Below are positions 54,390 to 64,000 of a stretch of DNA of 64,000 nt, in pieces. The stretch is from Octopus sinensis. Its lineage: Eukaryota. Under the pieces are notes generated by a model. It did not search any database and was not told the DNA's origin. It saw only the letters and a program-made list of their open reading frames with translations. A program made the position numbers and the translations under genes. The stretch covers positions 111,166,001 to 111,230,000 of the forward strand of contig NC_043003.1 of assembly GCF_006345805.1 (NCBI RefSeq), written 5' to 3'. Each line of letters opens with the position of its first letter. The first letter of the stretch is position 1.

Positions 54390-57079
54390 GTATGAATGTA
54401 TGTATGCATTTATATATGTATGAATGTATATATGTGTGCTTGTCAGAGTGTGTATATATATGTGTGTGTGTGCAAATGAAAGCGTGCCTCACTTATAGAT
54501 ATAATATTATTGCCCAGCAATAAAAAAAAGGTCAATTTAATAGTATATTGGAAGCAGCATGATCGATAAAAAAATATATATATGCTACATATGTCAAGCA
54601 ATTTAAAATTCATGGCAACAGATATTTCAGAAATAGAATTGGTTGAAAATTTATAAATATTCTATTTAATTAATAATAGCCGTATTTTCCTGTACCTCGA
54701 TGTATTGATTTACCTTCACTGTTTTTAAACTCTACAAAGTAAATGTTTCTAAGTTATACATATAATAATGTGTAATAATTACCCACCATTCCCGAGATGC
54801 AGACATCCATAAAAATATACTAGTCTATCTTATGTACGTATGCACATATAGGCTGACTCATCGAAGTACATCACAGACCATGATAACGAACTGGGTGAGA
54901 GGAGAGTTTTAGTCATCTTAATTTTCAATATACTCCTTTGTACGGATTCAGATGTTAAATTGCATAAAAAGCTCGTAAAATCACATCAAGTTTGAATGAA
55001 GATAAAACGTGTGTGTATTTAATGAAACTGCAACAAGAATTGTTAAATACTACTAGGGATATCAGGCGTTGCGCGGAATTAACATGGTATAGTCTGCATT
55101 TATATATCACAGATATGTTGAAACGTGATAGGGAAAGGTACAGCATTGAGGAGAAAAATATTGAGGAGTAAATGATGGTCTCATTCGACTAAGTGGCATA
55201 TAATACGTCTTTTTGAAGGATTCCAGGATCTAAACTATCGTGGAAAATTGGCGGTGGTGGGGTATGTAATTTTGGAACCCACTGGAAAGTTTCCAGTGCA
55301 TATACTTGAATTTGAGGGGTCGGCACAGAGTCTAGTACGACTCATCTTATGTTTGGCAGTCAAATGAATGGAGGTGTAATGGAGATATTGTACGTAACTA
55401 GGTACATTCAGGAAATAGGCTGCAATGAGAGGCGGCAACGTGGAAGTGAACTGTTGGAATATTGCAGAAGGCGAAGTGTTGACATTGGATTGCTGGTGTG
55501 GCAGTAGAATAAGAAACATAAAGTGGAACTATGCAGTCACATGAGAATATGTAGTAATGAATTACTTGAAAAATTTAGGTACAATGGCTTCCTGCGTGCT
55601 ATGTAGGTAATATGTATTTTTGTATGCAGTGTAAATTAACGAAGTATAAGCAAATGAACGCAATAGAAGCACATGTACGAAACTGCTAATTTAACGGTAA
55701 ATACCACAATCATTATCACAGAGTGACAAAGAATTATATATATATAAACACACAGACATACACACACACAAACGCACACACGCACCCATGCACAGACACA
55801 CACACACTCATATATATATATATATATATACAGGATAAATTTATTGATGGCAAATATGTAATTTTAAATAACTTCTAACCTTGCAACTGCTGCGATAATT
55901 ATTAACCGGTAATGGAACTCTAAATGTGTATTTTATATATACCTTAGCCCTTGCCACACCTTTCTTTTGTTTCTTGTTCAAAAATTTCACCTCTAGAACC
56001 CACATTCTTACATTGAGGCATGTTAGTCGTCATATATGTTAGATGTGGAGATGTGCGTGTTTAATTACTTACGTAACGCGAAAACACACAACTCACAGAC
56101 ACGTACACACTCATAAACTCAGAGACAGTTATACACTCATACACATTATACGACGTCGTAAGGGTATACAATGTCCTGGACATATACTCACATACATATA
56201 CTAAGGTAGCCACTCAGATACTTACATTTACTTATGTCAATCATTAGATATGTAAAGATATGTGTAGATGTGTGTATGTTTAATAACGTACCTAACGCAG
56301 AAAAAAAGCCCGCTATGAGATATATACACTCATATAATTTACACGTACGCACACAAATGCATACACAGTCATATACAAAATGTGATGTATAAAATGTACT
56401 CTTGACAAGAGAAAGATTATATCTATGAAATATTATATTGTTTCAATCGAAATGAAAACATAATTTCTTATTAATATTGGCCAGCCCTCACACATATATA
56501 TAGTAAGATAGAAACCCACACATACATTCATGCATTTCAGCCGTCACACACACATACACACACACATATATATATGTGTGTGTGTGTGTGTAGAAGTATG
56601 TGTGTTTAATAATGTACCGTTATATATGTATATGTATCTGTAGATGTGTGTGTATGTTTAATAATATACCTAACGCGGAAAGACACAAATATTGAGACAA
56701 ATACACATCATACACTTATACACATACACTTACAGACATATACACAGTCACATACAAAATGTCATGTCGTTGTCGTCTTGATATAAAATGTCCTGTGGAC
56801 TTTAGAAAGATTGCAGCGTGGGAGATGTTTGTAACCTATTCAAGTGCACACAGACACCGTTAATTTCATTTCAACATTTAAATTTCATTTGTGTCAAATT
56901 ATTTTCATCGCTTGGAAACCAGAACCTGTTTACTGACGTAACTTCATTCTGCATCTCGGAAAGTAACAGTTACATCATGTGTTTATGTATGTATGTAAGT
57001 GTGTAGACATGTCTCTGTGTGTGTATATGTGCATGTACATGTAAATGTATGACTGTTTCTGCGTCGAAGATTGTGTATA

Positions 57080-57192
<113 letters not shown>

Positions 57193-57199
57193 ATATATA

Positions 57200-57423
57200 C
57201 TTTATTTTAAGCAGCAGAAAATTCAACAAAATCTGTTACTCTGAGTTTCTCGTTGCCGTTCATCAGACAGTTTTGCTAGAAAAACTGTCTGATGAACGGC
57301 AACGAGAAACTCAGAGTAACAGGTTTTGTTGAATTTTCTGCTGCTTAAAATAAAGCATATTACTCTACCACTGGTATTTGAGTACTCTTTTTCCACCTTA
57401 TTTCACATTTATGTGTTTACTCC

Positions 57424-57426
<3 letters not shown>
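57200..57426. mobile_element. Near-perfect fold-back (75 bp arms, 6 bp spacer, 57200-57355) plus family tail to ccggt-(TA)n; flanked by (TA)n
   Basis: 74 of 75 positions complementary (one G-T); right arm continues into the tail also seen at 32905-32970. Confidence 0.9.
57281..57327 (+). ncRNA. Minimal type I hammerhead, cleavage after GUA at 57318 (mirror copy 57228-57274 on minus)
   Basis: aaaactgt CTGATGA a cg GCAA cg a GAAA ctc a gag T A acaggtttt: GNRA-capped short stem II, quasi-palindromic ACTCAGAGT stem III. Confidence 0.62.
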
Positions 57427-57465
<39 letters not shown>

Positions 57466-58400
57466 CCGAGCACAAGATCTCAGATCAAGTGACTCGATGT
57501 CCAAGTACACCTCCGTAGATAGAAATATTATCTCTATGAAATGTAATAATGTTTTAATCGAAATAAAAATAAAATTCGGTATTGACACTGACCAGCACTC
57601 ATACACATATAGTGTGTTTAATAGCGTACCTAATTTGGAAAGGCATACACCCTGTGAGAGATATACACACTCATATACTCACATACATTCAGAGACAGAT
57701 GCACAATCATATTAAAATATGTCCTCATCGTTGTTAGAAATATAAGTAAAAGTATAAAGTGAAATATATAGCATGTTTAATTGCTTCTTTAATGCGGAGG
57801 GACACACACGCGCACTGTGAGACGTATACGCAATCTTACACTCCCACACATGCATTCACAGACAGATACCCAGCCATATATAAAATGTGACGTCGTCGTC
57901 GTCGTGGTTACATTTAAAAGTAAAAGTATGAATGTGAAGCAATATATCACGTTACAATATAGATGCTATTGTTTTACTTTTATTCTTTGAGTTTTGACAC
58001 GTAATACGGAACCAGTGCCAAAGTTGCGCTGTTTTCATTGAAAACAATTACACGTTGACACTCACGTGGTCAGAAGATATTACCATGTGAGCCCTTTCAG
58101 AATGAGTTGAGACGTTTCAGAATACATTGGGAACAGAGAGACAAAGGATTATATATATATATATATATATATACAGAGAGAGGGAGAGAGACAGAGAGAC
58201 AGAGAGAGAGAGACAGATAGATAATAGGTATATTATAACATATCGGATGCACCTTCTAAGCAAGAATTTAACAAATAACTCAATAAACTAGAAGTAGATA
58301 GATGCTATTGAATCAGTTAAGTTTTCAGGTCTGATGCATACACATACAATACATACATACACACATTTCTCCCCATCTCTCTCTCTCTATATATATATAT

Positions 58401-59757
58401 ATAAGTAATATCCGGACTTCTATATTTTCAACTTGCAAACGCTTTAATAGCATTGTATAATGTCTAATGTCATCAAGTGATATTTGGAGACATTTAACCC
58501 AATTAAGTTTCATTTTGCAGCATTATGCAATTCAAATTTCACCAATTCTAGCTCTTCAGACATGGAAGCGTCTAAGGAATATGTGAGGCGCATAATGCTT
58601 TATGAGTTTTAAAAAATGGAACTCTGCTGCTGAAGCAACTCGATATATTCACTCAGACTTATGGAGAAAAGTGCCTAAATGAATAATTTGCTGAAGACGG
58701 TTTATAAAATTCATAAGTGGAGATTTCAGCCATGAAGATGAGACCTGAACAGGACATCCGGTTGAGTTTAATGACAAGCTCCTTTTGACAGAACTTCACA
58801 AAGATCATGCAGTTTCAGTTGAAGAATTTGCAAGCAAGCTTCGATCAAGCCATACAATTGTTCACCGCTATCTTCAACAGCTCGAAAAAGGTCCCAAAAC
58901 TCGGAAAATGGGTACCTCTTGATTTGTCCTGTAGCCAACCGCAAATCTGGAGTGCTCTGCTATTTGATCCCGTGAATTCATCTCTCCCTGTTTGGACATG
59001 CAAAATGGATTGGTGATGAAAAATGGATTTTTTATCAAAATGTTAAGCGTCGTAGACATTGGCTTGCTGAAGATAAAAAAAAAGGCCCAATTAAAACAAA
59101 AAGGGTATTGCATGCGAAGAAATTTCTTCTCTGCGTTGCTATCAACTAATGCAACGATCGAAGCTCAAATCTCATCATCATCATTGTTCGACCGTGGTCG
59201 AGACAATGGAATTTACTATGTTACGCCAGACTTCACGGTCCATCATAGCATTACGGAGGTCCTGTTTCTGGATGCCTGTATCCCTGGAGATTACATCAGG
59301 GTAGGAGAGTGTGCGCCACTGTCAGCCACAAGAGCGTTTGAAGGAAAAATACTTGTTTTGGTGAAACCAAAGGGATTTGTGTTTCATCAGGATAATGCAA
59401 AACTTCACACTGCAAAGATCACGTCACAGAAGATCGAGAAAATTGGCCGGGTTAAAACTGATCATCCGCCTTCTTCCTCCGACGTAGCTCTTTCAGATTA
59501 TCATTTGTTTTGTAGTTTACAGAATCATTTGGATGGTTTAAGTCTCGAAACAACTGATGAAGTTGAAACTGACCTTTCAGAGTTCTCTTCGAAACCGAAA
59601 GCGTTTTACTTTAATGCGTTTAAAATGCTTAGAAATAAATGGAAAGATGTCACAGACAATCATGGAAACTATATTGAAGACTTAATTTCATTAAAATGTA
59701 AGATTTGATCGCTTGTTTTCCTTATTCAAAATGCGGACATCACTTACAGGATGACCT
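58401..59757 (+). mobile_element. Decayed mariner transposon (DD34D) with TIR remnants
   Basis: MEASKEYVRRIMLYEF, KLGKWVPLDL, GDEKWIFY, FHQDNAKLH...HPPSSSDVALSDYHLF (34 residues between the Asp residues), GNYIED; TIR-like taagtaatatccg (58402) and cggacatcacttacaggatgacct (59734-59757). Confidence 0.88.
59171..59309 (-). mobile_element. RTE LINE extreme 3' end with (GAT)n tail, inserted antisense in the mariner transposase
   Basis: Reverse complement encodes YPDVISRDTGIQKQDLRNAMMDREVWRNIV...* followed by gatgatgatgag. Confidence 0.72.
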
Positions 59758-60604
59758 TTGCAAAATGCATCGATCGGTATCGCATTCCATACTGAGCTTA
59801 CTGCTTTAGAAATAATTTCCTAGTTATACTTTTTGAATTATTCAGCTTTGCATTGAACATGTTGGTAGTACGGATATCATATAAGAACTGACATGTATGG
59901 AGGTTGGTACTGCTTGACTGTGCTCGTGTTTATTTCCATATCGCTTGACAGCTGGTGCATTCTCGTGATAGCGATTCAGTTAAAAAAGGAAAATCATATA
60001 CATATTAAATTGTCATATTAAAAAGATAGTAGTATGTTCTTTATACAAGTATGTATATAGTTTATGTAAATGGCTGTGCATGTGTGTGAGTGTTTTTGAG
60101 TGGGTGTCTGTGCTATCGATACACAGATTGAGTTTACAGAAACCGGGTACCAAGTATAGTTATGCTGGAACCACATCGGCTGGGATAGTAGATAGACAAG
60201 CTGAGACCCAAACGTGTATCCAAGGTTGCACGAAAGAAAGCTGTTAAGCCTGAGGTGTCGATATTTTTTAGTATATCCCATGGGAATCGTACACTTATAT
60301 ATAGATTCAATTCATTACAACAAAAGGTCTAGAATTAGTTATGTGCAGATCAATTACATATAATTATTTTCAAAATACATCCATAATACATCATTACAGC
60401 AAGTATATAGGAATATAAGTGAATGAGAATTGTATTATATCCGTTGTTTTCAATAAATGGAATGGATATTTCGCACCTTAAGGCAATTCTCCCATTTACA
60501 ATTAGAGTTCGCTTAAATTCAGCTGAGGGATGTCTTAGTTCTCTACTAGAGCAATCGGTCGCAAGAAATAGGTTATTGTCCATATACATACATAATATAT
60601 TTAT

Positions 60605-60666
<62 letters not shown>

Positions 60667-60698
60667 AGTATATATGTATTATATATACTTATATATAA

Positions 60699-60744
<46 letters not shown>

Positions 60745-60874
60745 AGTTATTATTTATACCCACACACACACACTTTATATATATATATATAATATATATA
60801 TATATACGTGTTCGTATCTATAGTTATACGAGTATGTGTATATATATATATATATATATTTCTAGCAAATATTA

Positions 60875-61775
60875 GTGCCTTGTCGTGCCCACATCATAGC
60901 GTTCGAAAGAGTGGTAAGATCAAGGATAGATGGTTTCCTGGAAATCCACAAACTGCTAAATGCAAATTAGCATGGCTTTCGCTGCGGCAGGGACTGTATT
61001 CCTTAGCTCTCACACCAGACTGAGGATACACCTCAAGCCTTGGGACAGGTTCGAAATATGATGTCGTATATCTTGACCTCAGCAAAACGTTCGACAGGGT
61101 TGACCATAATACCTTACTCTCTCAAAATTGACAAATGTTGGAATCCACGGAAAGCTTCTACACTGGATTGAGTATTTCCTGGCGCAGAGAACACAGCATG
61201 GTGTGGTCGGTGGAGTTCACTGAAGTACAGCAAAAGTCACCAGTGATATCCCTCAGATGATTGTCTTGGGTCCGCTCCTCTTTATAATCTACATAAATTA
61301 CATCCCAGCGTCATAAATCACTGCAAAATGAAAATATCTGCTGATGACACCAAGCTCCCGCAAATCATCAATGAAGAAGATGACCGAACTCAACTCCAGT
61401 CTGATCTATGCGCTGTGAGTTAATGGGCAGACAAAAACAAAATGCATCAAATCTAGGGAAAAGTTCAGCTGATGCATTTTGGAAGACACACTATACTGAA
61501 ACGGCCATACTCTCTTCCTTCAAGGGATCCGCTCTCAGCATCTAATGATATCAGAAACCTAGGTGTAATTGTTGATAACAATCGCAGTTTAAGTGCCCAC
61601 ATGAACATTAAGGTTCATATAACTCGTAGGATGCACTCCTGGATCTTAAGAATCTTTCGGTCCAGACAACAGGGTGTCATCGTTCCACTTTTCACCCCTT
61701 TTGTACGGCTACACCTCGAATACTGCTGTCCCCTGTGGTCTCCACATATAAAACAAGAACTCACTACTTGAAGGA
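60875..61775 (+). pseudogene. CR1/L2-group LINE reverse transcriptase fragment
   Basis: HGFRCGRDC, VYLDLSKTFDRVDH, VTSDIPQ..VLGPLLFIIYIN, ADDTK, IRNLGV and FVRLHLEYCCPLWSPH; stops and frameshifts. Confidence 0.88.
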
Positions 61776-62005
61776 ACCATAATACCACAAACCTGGACTT
61801 AAAAAGATGTTAGATAATCCTATCAGGTGGTGCTATTAAATTAGGAATGGCCTGGACCAATCTTTGGTTGAAACACATCTGACTTTTATCTAAGTTATAT
61901 ATATATGTATATATATATATAATGTGTCTATAAATATATATATATCCGTATTTATATTTATATGTAACGAATAAGTGTATATATATATATACTGTATCTA
62001 TAAAT

Positions 62006-62055
<50 letters not shown>

Positions 62056-62057
<2 letters not shown>

Positions 62058-63529
62058 ATATCCGTATTTATATTTATATGTAACGAATAAGTGTATATAT
62101 ATATATATGTATTTGTGTCTATACTTATTACTTGAATTATTTTCTTAAACACGTTAGTCTACATTAAGCAATCTTTAAGTTGCATATAATTTCATATACA
62201 ATAAACACAAACATATATGTCTTGGATTGATGTTTTCGTATCGTATGCTTAGTCTTCTCGTGAACACACACATACGTATTCACAGACACATGAAAATATA
62301 TATTTAGAGATAGAGCGCGCGATAGAGAGACAGAGAGAGAGGACGAGGGAGAAAGAGAGACCAGACCAAACATATATATGTTTCTAATATGAAATGTGTG
62401 AGATAATATATGTATGAATATGTGTGAGCGTGTGCGGATTTTATGTGTCTATATTAAATATTAGTTTATTTATAGACGCATTATTTATTGTCGAACAATC
62501 TCAGAAGTGCATAAGGTGAATTTAATAATATATTGGAAGACGTATGATCAATGTTAAAATGAAAAGAAAAAAAATCAGTTACATCTGTGCCTGTGTAGCT
62601 ATTTAGAATTTATGAATACAGATGTTTCATAAATAGAAGTTGGACTGAAATTTATAAATATACATTCAATTATCGACCTCCTTATGTGCCTATGATAAAA
62701 ATAAGATCTAACGATTGATTTGTTTTTAAAACGAGCATTAATTCAAAAGCTCTGCTTAAGAAGTAAATGTGCTCAGTGTCATTTAACTAGGTACATTGCT
62801 GCTGACAATAGAAGGGTTTTCATTGTTATAATATTCGACTTTATGTATATTACTGAATTAAAATAAAAGTATTAAATGATCAGAAATAGAATAAGATTTT
62901 GTCATTGATTGCATCGATTTTATTTCCAATGTCATGTAAATCCTTTACACATTGAAATAACGTAATATCAGTAGAAAATCTGGCCATCCAGAAATATTTA
63001 TCACTTTAATAACTTAGAAGGCTGTTTATACATTTTAACTCTGAAGAATACTATGAGATAAGAGAGGGAGAAAGAGCGGATTAAATAGGGAAATATACCA
63101 TGGGGCAGATTAGATTTAGCAATTCTGAGAATACATTTTATATCAACAAACAGATTGTATGTTGACGTATAATGTGTATGCCCACAGAAACACATTCATA
63201 GAATCTTAACATTAGAATATATATCAGTATATTTAAATGCACCAAGTGATAGACAAAGAGATAGTTAAATAGATACTGAGATACATAGGGAGAGAGATTA
63301 GAGAGACAGGATTTAGCTGACTGAAGGAGATTTAGACAGAATGCATATCGAATTTTACGAAATATGTAAAGTGAACATGTTTTGTATTCAATTTTGTGTA
63401 GAGGCTACTCTCATTCGAACTAGTTCTCTTTCTTATTTCTCCATCCTTCTCTCTCCAGACATACATACATACATATGTTTGTGGGCAGCTATGCATACAC
63501 CTCTTTGTACATGCATGTTTATATAAATT

Positions 63530-63570
<41 letters not shown>

Positions 63571-64000
63571 CTTTTAAAGAAATATATATATATTATATCC
63601 GTATTTATATTTATATGTAACGAATAAGTGTATATATATATATATATGTATTTGTGTCTATACTTATTACTTGAATTATTTTCTTAAACACGTTAGTCTA
63701 CATTAAGCAATCTTTAAGTTGCATATAATTTCATATACAATAAACACAAACATATATGTCTTGGATTGATGTTTTCGTATCGTATGCTTAGTCTTCTCGT
63801 GAACACACACATACGTATTCACAGACACATGAAAATATATATTTAGAGATAGAGCGCGCGATAGAGAGACAGAGAGAGAGGACGAGGGAGAAAGAGAGAC
63901 CAGACCAAACATATATATGTTTCTAATATGAAATGTGTGAGATAATATATGTATGAATATGTGTGAGCGTGTGCGGATTTTATGTGTCTATATTAAATAT
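62056..64000 (+). repeat. Direct repeat with period 1539 bp (62056-62460 equals 63596-64000, second copy cut by the window end)
   Basis: Identical ORF-track translation at 62164-62373 and 63703-63912; a 45 bp sub-motif is also repeated at about 61942. Confidence 0.9.

Noticed and set aside
55235-55519. 94 aa minus-strand ORF in a GC-richer patch
   Set aside because: No recognisable domain; composition resembles the C-rich decayed LINE remnants at 11.9 and 38.4 kb

Overview
AT-rich, microsatellite-saturated eukaryotic non-genic DNA. The SINE, LINE and Penelope repertoire and the (TA)n/(CA)n/(TAA)n load look like a coleoid cephalopod, probably Octopus (inference from remembered repeat families, not a database match). 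No host protein-coding gene is recognisable, and most listed ORFs are microsatellite artefacts. Supportable content: four families of tRNA-headed SINEs, two decayed mariner transposons, R4/Dong-type REL-endonuclease LINEs sitting in (TAA)n, RTE and CR1 LINE fragments, and several Penelope-like element (PLE) pieces (one RT, three different GIY-YIG domains). The most striking signal is RNA-level: about 15 hammerhead-ribozyme-like motifs (CUGANGA...GAAA...NUH), eight of them arranged as outward-facing pairs in four sequence-unrelated fold-back palindromes (13.7, 34.3, 42.0 and 57.2 kb). A near-intact GIY-YIG PLE at 17.3-19.5 kb ends in a full-length type I hammerhead. Some duplications and the 42.3-42.9 kb zone show indel patterns typical of unpolished long reads and may be assembly artefacts. 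All folds and alignments were done by eye.
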